64,000 bases of DNA from the IMG/VR virus record IMGVR_UViG_3300013902_000267; one strand, 5' to 3'. The DNA comes from a virus. Taxonomy: Duplodnaviria; Heunggongvirae; Uroviricota; Caudoviricetes. The notes beneath the pieces are model-generated. The model was not told the DNA's origin and did not search any database. It saw nothing but the letters and a program-made list of their open reading frames with translations. The position numbers were made by a program, and so were the translations under genes. Shown here piece after piece: positions 19,468 to 29,038 of this stretch; within the stretch, counting starts at the first letter, position 1; every line of letters begins with the position of its first letter.

Positions 19468-20433
19468 TTAAATATGTTTTCTTTTTAATATTTGAATAAA
19501 TTCATCTTCAGTTATTTGAGCACCTGCTGCACCTTCATGTCCTCCACCATGATAATATTCTTGAAGATATTTACCACAATGGAATTCATGTGTATCTGTA
19601 GGATTATACAATGAAATTGCCCACATACCATCAGGTAATCTCTTAAATACAATACCGTTTTTGATTTTATCTTTACATGTTTTAAATATCTGTGAATTTG
19701 TTGGTTTCTGAATAAACAAAGCACATGCAGATCGATTATCAAATCCTACAGTCCATGTAAAATCACCATATGAATTAATGAGGTTCTTATTGTTTCTATC
19801 AATAATCTCTGATTCTAACTTACCTAATTCTTTAAGTTTCCCTAGTTCACATGCTAATTCTTCTGGTTTTGCTTGATATATTATATAATATACATGATTA
19901 ATAATTTCACTTACATTTAAATCATATTTATTATTAACACCAATGTTTACATATCTACAAAAATCAAAATTAATATTCTCCGCATCATAACTCCAGCTAT
20001 CCCATGCAGACAATACTTTAAACAAATCCGGTATTCTTCCAATAAAATTATACAAATAGCTAAAAGCATTATATAATGCAGAATGATCGATTGTCCTTAA
20101 ACCCTGAATATCGTCAAAATGTAATTCTTTTGAACTATTAATCATAGGCGCATGATGGTCAAACCAATATAGTTTATCACCAAAATGTTTTTTCAGTTTA
20201 AGCATTGTTTCTGCTGTATCAAACGAAATATCTGATATATAAACATAATCATATACACCTATAATATCATTTTGAATATTTAAGTTCTCCATCCCATTAT
20301 AATCTTCACCTAATAGTGTGATCATATTTGGATGTATTCCTTTTTCAATTACAAGAAAATTATATATGATAGCCATCGAAAATAAACCATCATTATCTTC
20401 CTTGTGATATATAATTAAATATTTGTCATCCAT
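19468..20433 (-). CDS. DHH/DHHA1 phosphoesterase (NrnA-like)
   Basis: HKEDNDGLFS, DISFD, WFDHHAP and GGGHEGAAG motifs. Confidence 0.75.
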   Translation of the reverse strand: MDDKYLIIYHKEDNDGLFSMAIIYNFLVIEKGIHPNMITLLGEDYNGMENLNIQNDIIGVYDYVYISDISFDTAETMLKLKKHFGDKLYWFDHHAPMINSSKELHFDDIQGLRTIDHSALYNAFSYLYNFIGRIPDLFKVLSAWDSWSYDAENINFDFCRYVNIGVNNKYDLNVSEIINHVYYIIYQAKPEELACELGKLKELGKLESEIIDRNNKNLINSYGDFTWTVGFDNRSACALFIQKPTNSQIFKTCKDKIKNGIVFKRLPDGMWAISLYNPTDTHEFHCGKYLQEYYHGGGHEGAAGAQITEDEFIQILKRKHI

Positions 20434-20445
20434 TATATTATTAAT

Positions 20446-20631
20446 TTAATAATTAGTTTTCTGTTTCTCTAACATTTCTATTGCTTTTGCTTGTCTATCT
20501 ACTGTCTCTTGAAGTTGTTCACACTTATATTTGTAATAATGAGCTTCACCAGCTGCAATCAATATACAAACACATGTAAGTCCCAATATATAAATATCAA
20601 GCTTATTAAAAATCTTTTTTATTGTTTCCAT
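20446..20631 (-). CDS. small membrane protein
   Basis: Track ORF of 61 aa with one hydrophobic helix (IYILGLTCVCILIAAG). Confidence 0.5.
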   Translation of the reverse strand: METIKKIFNKLDIYILGLTCVCILIAAGEAHYYKYKCEQLQETVDRQAKAIEMLEKQKTNY

Positions 20632-20642
20632 TTAATATATAA

Positions 20643-21344
20643 TTATTTTGATAAAGTACAATTATTAAAGAAAGTACAATATGATATATTAACTATATCA
20701 TTATATATAATTGTATCAACAAGTTCATCATATCTCAAAAGAGATGCTATGAAATTTTTATTATTCTGAAATTTAACACCTGGTTGCAATATCTTCGTTT
20801 CATAATGCATCCATATATTAACATTATTAAACTTATTTTTTAATATATCTATATACTTATGATAATCATCAAATGTATTAAATACACCTTTAAATAATGT
20901 ATCTATTATGTTAATATCATTGAAATCAACACTATTTAATAAATTTAATTCATCTGTATTACATGTTTCATATATTACATTATTATCTTTATCATATGAT
21001 TTTGTATTATATAAAATAAGTTGTATATCCTTTTCAGTTGTATTAATTATTTTTATATTTCTAACTATCAACGGACATGATATAATATATGATATAGGAC
21101 ATAGTATGCAGTTCTTTTTAATATTACTATCAAATATTAATGTAACACCACCATCTGAATATTCTATATCATCTATATTATGAACAATATTAATGTTTAT
21201 ATTATAATCATTCTTTTGTTTCTTTAATTTCAGTATATCATCTTTCCATCTTTTGAATTCTAATTCTCTTTGTTCATTTAGAACCTTTGAACCAACAGAT
21301 TCATTATTTACTATGTTATCAAATTCTTCGTCAAATAAATTCAT
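20643..21344 (-). CDS. hypothetical protein
   Basis: Track ORF of 233 aa. Confidence 0.5.
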   Translation of the reverse strand: MNLFDEEFDNIVNNESVGSKVLNEQRELEFKRWKDDILKLKKQKNDYNININIVHNIDDIEYSDGGVTLIFDSNIKKNCILCPISYIISCPLIVRNIKIINTTEKDIQLILYNTKSYDKDNNVIYETCNTDELNLLNSVDFNDINIIDTLFKGVFNTFDDYHKYIDILKNKFNNVNIWMHYETKILQPGVKFQNNKNFIASLLRYDELVDTIIYNDIVNISYCTFFNNCTLSK

Positions 21345-21433
21345 ACCTTTTTAAAATTAATCAATAATTATATAGAAAAATGATGAAAAAGTTATATATT
21401 TTCTTAAAAATATTGATATTTTAACAATAAAAA

Positions 21434-21463
21434 ATGATTCCAGTAGAAGTATACTGGAATCAT
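21434..21463 (-). terminator. rho-independent terminator downstream of nrdD
   Basis: ATGATTCCAGTA / TACTGGAATCAT perfect 12-bp hairpin, followed by a T run on the minus strand. Confidence 0.6.
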
Positions 21464-21489
21464 TAAAATATTAAAATAAAATAGTTAAA

Positions 21490-21579
21490 TTAAATATTTT
21501 CTTTTGGTAAATAAACACGTGTCTTTTGTTCTTTCTGACGTCCATCAGACCAATTCGAAATTTTAGTTAAATCACAATA
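21490..21579 (-). CDS. nrdD: anaerobic ribonucleotide reductase NrdD, exon 6 (C-terminus after the glycyl-radical Gly)
   Basis: Minus-strand frame reads (Y)CDLTKISNWSDGRQKEQKTRVYLPKENI-TAA, completing RIIG|Y from exon 5. The 5' boundary is approximate. Confidence 0.6.
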   Translation of the reverse strand, partial: YCDLTKISNWSDGRQKEQKTRVYLPKENI

Positions 21580-21817
21580 TACCCGAACTTTCATTCTATT
21601 TTAAAGGGGTTAGACTATACCACTAACTTCTTGAGTTACATCTTGGTAGTCGTTGAGGGCTTTTATTTGTTTCGTATCAAATAACTATCCCTGCTGATTA
21701 TCCATTGTTATATCATTAGAATTTTTACACTTTGGTATCTAATGCTTTAGGAACTTCCAGCATATTCGATGTTTGCTATATATGTCACCATATATAGGGG
21801 CATTTAATTAAAAATTT
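21580..21817 (-). ncRNA. group-I-like intron 5 (ORF-less)
   Basis: About 238 nt interrupt the RIIG/Y glycyl-radical motif. Contains ACTACCAAG ... GGTATAGTCTAA, like the P7 region of T4-type group I introns. The exact splice sites are ambiguous. Confidence 0.5.
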
Positions 21818-22156
21818 ACCCGATTATTCTGTCATATAAACTTACATGAACTGATCCACACTTTGGACATACACTAAATGGTGTCTTTGAAATATATCCA
21901 CAATCTTCACATTTACAATTAGGAACATTAAATGTCCAATATTGACAACCATTCTCTGCCGCAAATTTCATAATGTGAACAATCTGTTTCTTAGACAAGT
22001 GCTCTGACAAATTGAGATGCGCTGCTGAACCACCATCCAAAAAATCTCCAATATAGTTCTTACCATGTAAGGTAATCTTATCAAAGATTGACAATGTTTT
22101 ATCATTTGGTTTGAATATGTAAGACGCATACAGGTTAGTGTCTGTTGGTACCCAAT
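21818..22156 (-). CDS. nrdD: NrdD exon 5
   Basis: (Y)WVPTDTNLYASYIFKPNDKTLSIFDKITLHG...LDGGSAAHLNL...CEDCGY...CPKCGS...YDRIIG; track ORF 21816-22094 extended upstream. Confidence 0.75.
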
Positions 22157-22191
22157 CAACTCTGTTACATGATTACATAATAATTTTAATA

Positions 22192-22479
22192 TTATTGTTG
22201 AATGTAATCTGATTTATTAATATATTCATTTAGATTTATTAAACCTGCATGAATTTTCCTATGACAATTTGAACATACACATACACATTTTTTTATTTCT
22301 TCATATAGTTTTTCTTTACCTCTCCCTCGATGTTTACCTATTGTAAAATCTTTTTCATTTGGATCTATATGATGAAAATCTATACAACATGGTTCATATT
22401 CACTACATATTATACATGGATTCTTTAATGAATATAACCATTCTGTTTTTCTTTTTTGTGAACGCTTATTTTTGTTCAT
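22192..22479 (-). CDS. HNH homing endonuclease (intron 4)
   Basis: CIICSEYEPCCIDFHHIDP...CSNCHRKIH HNH/zinc motif; track ORF of 95 aa. Confidence 0.7.
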   Translation of the reverse strand: MNKNKRSQKRKTEWLYSLKNPCIICSEYEPCCIDFHHIDPNEKDFTIGKHRGRGKEKLYEEIKKCVCVCSNCHRKIHAGLINLNEYINKSDYIQQ

Positions 22480-22612
22480 TATGTATTTCAGGATGTGCTT
22501 TTCTCATCTATTTCCTATATAATTTTCTACATTCTTTACATACTGCACGTCCTTTTTCAAACATTTCTATAGACAATTCTTTACCACATTTATTACATAT
22601 TTTTGTTGTCAT
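22466..22612 (-). CDS. Cys4 zinc-ribbon ORF, probable detached N-terminus of the intron-4 HNH endonuclease
   Basis: MTTKICNKCGKELSIEMFEKGRAVCKECRKLYRK-TAG-MRKAHPEIHNEQK. Overlaps the HNH ORF start in another frame at an A-run. Confidence 0.4.
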
Positions 22613-22911
22613 ATATATTAAATTATGTTTTATTATTTATCACCGGAACATGACAAAAATAACATAACCCAATTATATTAATAAACGCTTAATTATTTCT
22701 AATCAAGTCTCTATGTTACCATAGAGTTCGGACTATTGCATAGTTTTGTTTCACAACAAAACTCCTTTTTATTTAGTCTCTCAGGCTGCCCATAACATTG
22801 TTGTTATTGCTTGCCCCTCGTTATCCTTACTACCGGTACCTAAGGTAATAAAATGTAAGGAACTTCGAGTCAATTAAAAAAGGTTTTACATGGACATTGT
22901 TATTGTTGTCT

Positions 22912-23395
22912 ATCCATCTTCAGAATCCCAATTATAATTCTTTATTGCCAAACTTTCAGCTGGTATACATTCAGTATTGAACGTTAACTTATGACCGTTA
23001 AATGTACCTGCAGCTTCTTGATTCTTTTGCTTTATATATCCAAATATTGTTTGACAAAGTTTTTCATAATGAGGATTTACATTACAAGTAATTCCTAAGA
23101 ATTCTGCCATTTGATTAAGACCATTCAAACCAATTGTTAAATATTGCTTATTCAAATTAATAAACCCTGCTTTATATACAGGTAATAATCCTGCGTCATA
23201 CATATCCCAAAGAAGTTCATTATATGCTGTATGATATTTATATACTCTATCAAGAATATTACCAAAATATTCGCACATATCATCATAATGCTCTTCTACA
23301 TTTTCTTTTGTTACTCCAGATTTCTTAACACTGTTAAACCAGTCTTGAGTTATGCGACTAAGATTCAGGGTTATCACACTTTTACTTCCTGTTTG
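22912..23395 (-). CDS. nrdD: NrdD exon 4
   Basis: QTGSKSVITLNLSRI ... AESLAIKNYNWDSEDG; track ORF 22910-23377 extended upstream. The 5' boundary is approximate. Confidence 0.75.
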
Positions 23396-24623
23396 ACGTT
23401 TTCTCCATATATTTCTATATGGTCCGGGTCATATCTTATGTTTATTTAAATAATAAACATTGCACTATTTCGGCATTTAAAACGATTCGTTTCCTAAAAC
23501 GTTACTACGTATCAATAGTAGTCCTACTCCACCTGCTCATCACTTAGGGGATGACCTCCACACACATTAATAATTTTTATATGTTCTACCTATTAACATA
23601 TTCCTAAAATTATTCATTAAATAATTTTTATATTTACCGATTTTTAATTCTTCAATAGATTTGCCATTATTATATTGTTCTCTTAAATAAACAACTTCAT
23701 CTTTAGATAACAATGGTAACTTCTATTTACATTTATCAGTTCTAATAGGCATTTTTACATGCATATATGATTTTCCAAATAATATTTTATTAAATCCACT
23801 CCATGAATATAAATTACTATATTCTTTAAAAATATCATCTTCTTTTTCACCATTTACAAAATATCTTATTCTTATGTTTAATACTTCTTCATCAGATAAA
23901 TTCTTAGAATTTGCATGCATATTTCCTCTACGTGTTCTTCGATCTGATTTATAAAAATCATTTACTTTATCTGTATTATATTCTATACCAATTTCAGGTC
24001 TTGTATAATAATGCCAATATTTTGAAAATCCACTTTTTGACATTCTATCTTTATACATTTCATATACTTCTCCAAAAGTATATTTCATAGAATAACGTAT
24101 TTTTCTTAATTCTAATAATTCATTATCATTTAATATTGCTTTGGGATGCTCCTCCCCAACTTTTATTATAGTTGCAGAATGTCCACCCAATGTAGAATTA
24201 TATCCATTATTATAACTATCATATAATTTAATGTAATATATTTCTTTATTATCAGCTTCATCCTAATTAGGAACATTATCTTCTAATATTGAAAAATTTG
24301 ATTCATTAATATTATATTTTCTCATTGCTCTATATAATTTATAATCACTATGTTTCATATCATTTAAATGTTCTCTTACTCTTATATGATAATGATGTGT
24401 CTACCCAATATATACTTTTCCATTAGGAAATGATATTTTATAAATTGTAAATATTTTATTCATATATTATAAATGTAAAATTATAACATATTTATATTAA
24501 CTTGGCTCGGTATTACCATGCATATAGTTTCACAACTTATGTTTAGGCTTCACCGATGCATTAATATCGCTATATTAATACATTGCTTGATTAGCAATTA
24601 AGCACATAAAGGACCCAAGTTGA
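23396..24623 (-). mobile_element. group-I-like intron 3 with GIY-YIG endonuclease ORF
   Basis: Separates GNLG(I) from QTGSKSV. Structured flanks include GCCGAAATAGTGCAATG. Boundaries are good to about 10 nt. Confidence 0.6.
23567..24463 (-). CDS. GIY-YIG homing endonuclease (3 in-frame TAG)
   Basis: IYKISFPNGKVYIG-TAG-THHYHIRVREH...YNNGYNST; in frame with track ORF 23723-24190; ends TAA. Confidence 0.75.
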
Positions 24624-25408
24624 TCCCTAAATTTCCATTTGTGAAGTTGAATTCCTTTGTTTGTATCTTATTCTTAAGTCTGCAGTTATGTGTTATATTT
24701 CCATTAGGCATTAAGAAATATGGTTCAAGATTCTTATCGCAGAGTTCTACACAATAATAATCTTTTGGTTCATCAAGATTTACAACTTCAACCTTTGTAA
24801 TTTTTCTTATAACAATGTCTTGATCTACATCTTTAAAATCATTTCTAAACATACCCATATATTGTCCATACTCAAAGATAAGTTGATCTCCTGTTTGAAG
24901 CAAATATGCTTGCTTATCTTTAATCATCTTATCATCATCAATAATAGGGAATATATGATCCGGTGTAACTCTCATTACATTTCGTGATTCATCCGGATTA
25001 AAATCGTCTGGAGCGAAATAAATTCTTACTTCTTGAACTGCTTCTGCTTTTACAAACTTAGCATTTACCCATTCACCTGTACATTTACCTGTTGTACCAT
25101 TAAAATTCATATGATATACATTAATAATTTCATCCTTATGCTTTTCATATGCATTTTTAAATGACTCAACCATATATGCGTTTGAACCTGCGTTTTCTTC
25201 CATATTACAAGGTTCTACATACATGAATGGAGTATCACCATCGAAACAACAACTTGATAATGAATCAACTGTATCTGACATATATGTAAAGAATGAATGA
25301 CCTCTTGCATATTCATCCGCCACAAAATCTGCAGATTCCTTATCAAGGAATTCTCCATCCTTATATACTAATGCGAAACTTTCCCATTTATATTCTATAT
25401 AGTTCGTT
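24624..25408 (-). CDS. nrdD: NrdD exon 3 (includes the intein)
   Basis: ...FALVYKDGEFLDKESADFVADEYARGHSFFTYMSDTVDSLSSC [intein] CRLKNKIQTKEFNFTNGNLG; track ORF 24598-25425. Confidence 0.75.
24685..25248 (-). mobile_element. mini-intein (188 aa Hint domain, no endonuclease domain)
   Basis: Starts CFDGDTPFMYV, has block B VTPDH, and ends YYCVEL..PYFLMPNGNITHN followed by +1 Cys. Excision restores SLSSC-CRLKN. Confidence 0.75.
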
Positions 25409-26203
25409 ACACTATATACGTTCATAATAATGAACTGCTTTATGTTACCATAAAGATTAGACTATATCACAATCCTATAAATATAGGATTCTCCCCATTT
25501 CCACTCACTTGAGTGTACTTCCTTTCGGAATAGTCGTTGAACCTTATTATATAAATGAATATTTATGACCATAATATAATCTATTTGCATTTATCGATTT
25601 TACTAATCCTGATATACATGCAGTTCCTCCAATATTTTTAATAACTTCGGACATTGATGAATATATTATATTATTATCTAAACATTTTATTTTCTTTGGA
25701 AACGTTTTTCCCTTCATCGTATTACCAAATGTTTTAATAGAATATAATTCATTCTCTGATTGTGTGCACCATTCTAAATTATCTACTCTATTATCTGATC
25801 TATTACCATTTAAATGATTTACAAATGGTTTATTTTCAGGATTTGGTATAAATTCTTGAGCAACAAGTCTATGACATAAATATCTAGTTTTAATAGAATT
25901 TTGCATTAATGATATTCTTAAATAACCATCTAATGTATATTCTACTTTTAATGGTTTACCTTTATACGGACGTAATCCACCCCATCTACAAGGCACCATT
26001 CTATCTTTACTTCTGAAATTACCTAAATTACTAACTTCAAATGCGCCATCATATCCTGTTATACTTTTCCAAATTTCTTCCATAATATTCTCTTATATAA
26101 TCTTGGTTGCTGATTATCTAATAACTTCGCATATTTATTAGAGTTCCCAGCAGTTAAAGGAGTTTTTCAATAATAAATTACTTTATTATGCCGCAGATTG
26201 ATT
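25409..26203 (-). mobile_element. group-I-like intron 2 with HNH endonuclease ORF
   Basis: Interrupts TFPV / TNYIEY. Core GTGATATAGTCTAA and CGACTATTCCGAAAGGAAGT elements. Boundaries are approximate. Confidence 0.6.
25547..26083 (-). CDS. HNH homing endonuclease (I-HmuI-like, NUMOD4 + HNH)
   Basis: YDGAFEVSNLGNFRS and VNHLNGNRSDNRVDNLEWCT motifs; track ORF of 178 aa. Confidence 0.8.
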   Translation of the reverse strand: MEEIWKSITGYDGAFEVSNLGNFRSKDRMVPCRWGGLRPYKGKPLKVEYTLDGYLRISLMQNSIKTRYLCHRLVAQEFIPNPENKPFVNHLNGNRSDNRVDNLEWCTQSENELYSIKTFGNTMKGKTFPKKIKCLDNNIIYSSMSEVIKNIGGTACISGLVKSINANRLYYGHKYSFI

Positions 26204-26442
26204 TACGGGGAAGGTGATTATCGTACGAAGACGTTCCTTATTAAACCATATCATGAAGTCTTTCTGTAACCATGAAACACTTTCCCAACATGGTCTTGTT
26301 CCTTCTTCATCAGGAAATACAAATTCACCAAACATACCTTCAAAGAACGGTTTATCAAAATAAGAGAAATTTACAACATTTTTTCTTCTACATAAATCGT
26401 TACTTTATGTACGTTACTATTTGTAACTGCTCTATGATTTCC
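26204..26442 (-). CDS. nrdD: NrdD exon 2
   Basis: Minus frame reads NHRAVTNSNVHKVTIYVEEKNVVNFSYFDKPFFEGMFGEFVFPDEEGTRPCWESVSWLQKDFMIWFNKERLRTIITFPV. Antisense to track ORF 26272-26454. Confidence 0.6.
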
Positions 26443-27797
26443 ATAGACGATTAACGAATTTCACGTTAAAAGGGTTTGTTTAAACCGTTTAGACTATATC
26501 ACCAAATTTAATTTTCTTAAATTTGCACCTACACTTCCATAACACTTGTTATGTACTCTACTAACTCATTTAAAGTTTTCGATAGTCGTTGAACTTTTAT
26601 CCTTGTAGGATAATTAGCTGCGTATGATTACCCAATCTTTATCGTTTTTACAATCTGATAGCCGTTATACTATCTGCTACTATCTATGTTACCATGATAT
26701 GCTGTAGATAAAGCTCTAAGGGACTTCCCGCAATTCAAGGTGTTTATTAACGTCAGCACATGTAATTTCTCTTATAATTTAATTATTACCAAAATTATGT
26801 ATTTTATACATGTGACAATTTTTACAATATGTTATAAGATTATCTATGTTATTAAGTTCTTTATTTTTTATCGCTAAATTAAATAATTCATCAAAATTAT
26901 CAGTAGGATTTAATTCTGGATGTTCTGATAATAAATTATGAAATAATATTTTAAATGGAACTATATGATGAACTTGAAGATTTTCATGACAACCGCATAG
27001 CTAACAAGTATTATGATCTCTCTCTATAACTTCTGGAACTAATCGATTAAAATATGTTCTTATTTTATTACCTAATCTTGTAGTATCTGTTGTATATGGA
27101 ATATTAGTAATATTTAAACTATTTAATACTCTATTAATTACAGCTATTGTACAATTATATCTCCGTGCCAATTCTGTTTTTGATATTGACTATTCAATAT
27201 ATAAATTATATAATTTTTTATAATCATTAAAATCTTCTGGTATTTCTTTTTTATGATAATTCCACATAGATTCTGCAAAAGTACGTCTTTTAATCCCATT
27301 ATGTTTTAAATGACTTCTTATAGTAGTTGCTGAACAGTTAAATATTTTACCTATTTCTACTGTAGATTTACCATCATTATATAATTTTATTATTTCCTAA
27401 TCATTTGTATCATCATATTGTTCATAAACTTCATAATTAGTATTTTTTATATTATATTTTTTAAAATATCTATTAATAGTACCTTTATGACATTTATATA
27501 TTTCTGAAATTTCTTTCATTGTTAAACCATTATTAACATAATTTATTAAATCTTCTTTTTTAATTATTAATTTAGATTTTTCAATATTCCATTTTCTTAA
27601 ATATTCTTTAATATTTGCTAATGTTGTATTTCCTTCTTTAGCACACTATTTTCGTGTTAAACCTTTAATAACATAATTTTCATATAACCAATCTCTATCT
27701 TTTGTAAAATATCTATAATTAGACATAATTTCAGATATGTAAAATTACATACAGGATTATGTAATTTTTAATTTATTTTAGTTTATGCTGACTATAA
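26443..27797 (-). mobile_element. group-I-like intron 1 with HNH endonuclease ORF
   Basis: Separates INQPAASRG from NHRAVTN. Core GGTGATATAGTCTAAACGG and CAACGACTATCGAAAAC elements. Boundaries are approximate. Confidence 0.6.
26779..27726 (-). CDS. HNH homing endonuclease with repeated HTH modules (4 in-frame TAG)
   Basis: 948 nt from ATG to TAA when TAG is read through. RDHNTC-TAG-LCGCHENLQVHHIVPF ... YCKNCHMYKIH, plus three NUMOD-like HTH repeats. Confidence 0.75.
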
Positions 27798-28901
27798 TCC
27801 TCTGGAGGCCGCAGGTTGGTTAATTGAATACACGACCTATTGAAAGAATTGTTGAATACATGAACCAATAGTTCTTGTACCATCACCTATCTTAATAGGA
27901 TTCGTAAAATCTTTTATTGAACCTTCAACATCATATTGTGATAATTCTTTCTCATATGCTTCAAGTTCTTCATCTGTTAACTCTCTTTCTGAATTATAAA
28001 CAAGTTCATCACGAAGTTTGTTTAATTCGTCTGAACCAAAATCATGTTTTCTCAATGTATCTACATCTTTACACCAATAATTAGATTCATTAAGAAGTTT
28101 CCTATATTTAGGCCCAATCTTATAAAATTCTTTACTATGCAAATGATAATCTTCACCAAACTCTTTTCTTGCAAAATAATCAAAATAAACAAGAAATTCC
28201 GATGTTGCAACTGCACCTGCAAATTGAGCAGCAACTGCAAATACAAGATTTACATACATACCACAATAAGAATCAAGATTTTGTGGATGACATGAAAGAC
28301 CTCCTATTTTTTCTAAACCATTATGAAGGAATGGATACATAGTTATACTTGTGCAATACGGACTTATGGCACCAGCGAAGCTAGACTCATCGTTCTTATA
28401 TATAATATGGTTTTTTAAATCTTTTTGATATTGTTTTGCTTTAAAATTTGGATATAGTTCTTTAAGTTTCCTTGTAATCATACCTCTGCTTACAAGAATA
28501 TTATCAGCTTTATGAATTTCAGCATTTAATACACCGATATTCTTAGAAGAAACATTAGAATTATCATCTACAGTACTATTTGCAGTATTAGATGCATTCT
28601 TATATCTTTCAATAAATGCTTCCTTATTAGCAACCCATTCTCTAATTTCCTTTTTCTTGTTACGATAAAGAATAAATTCTTTCGCAACTTTAGGATAATC
28701 ATGAGAATACAAACTTGTTTCAATTTGATCCTGTATTTCCTCTACAGGAATACCATCATATGGTGTTATTGAGTTTGCAATATTAGCTATAGTATCTTTA
28801 GTATACTTAGTTTTCGTAGACTTAAACGCCTCACGAATCGCTCGTTTAACTGTCTAAACACTATAGTTCTCAAAACTACCATCACGTTTCGTTACCTTCA
28901 T
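27798..28901 (-). CDS. nrdD: NrdD exon 1 (ATP-cone plus N-terminal core; in-frame TAGs at 28854-28856 and 27837-27839)
   Basis: MKVTKRDGSFENYSV-TAG-TVKRAIREAF (ATP-cone) is in frame with track ORF 27837-28712. Continues through TAG 27837 to VVYSINQPAASRG. Confidence 0.8.
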
Positions 28902-28992
28902 ACTTAGTTTTCTTTCTATTTTATTTTTGGTAAAATATTTATTCTCGACTATGAGAATTTTTCAAAATATTATTTTATATATTATATAAAAA

Positions 28993-29030
28993 AATGCAAA
29001 TGAAGTCTTATAACAAACATCATTTGCATT
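28993..29030 (-). terminator. rho-independent terminator
   Basis: AATGCAAATGA / TCATTTGCATT perfect 11-bp hairpin, followed by a T run on the minus strand. Confidence 0.5.
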
Positions 29031-29038
29031 AAAATATT

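Larger units (their letters stand above)
22157..22911 (-). mobile_element. group I intron 4 with HNH endonuclease ORF
   Basis: Exon 4 ends ...GAT GGA T and exon 5 starts AT TGG GTA, giving DGYWVP after removal. The 5' exon ends in U and the intron ends in G. CAATAGTCCGAAC core element. Confidence 0.7.

Noticed and set aside
21580-21817. Exact splice junctions for introns 1, 2, 3 and 5
   Set aside because: For these introns I could not find boundaries that both restore the expected NrdD residues and obey the canonical rule of a 5' exon ending in U and an intron ending in G. Only approximate boundaries are reported. Either the junction residues differ from my expectation or my base reading is off by a nucleotide.
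22910-22912. TAG ending track ORF 22910-23377, considered as another recoded sense codon
   Set aside because: Reading through gives DG-Q-TTITMS-stop, which is not NrdD-like. Treating T|AG as the 5' splice site of intron 4 instead restores DGYWVP with canonical U and G intron boundaries.
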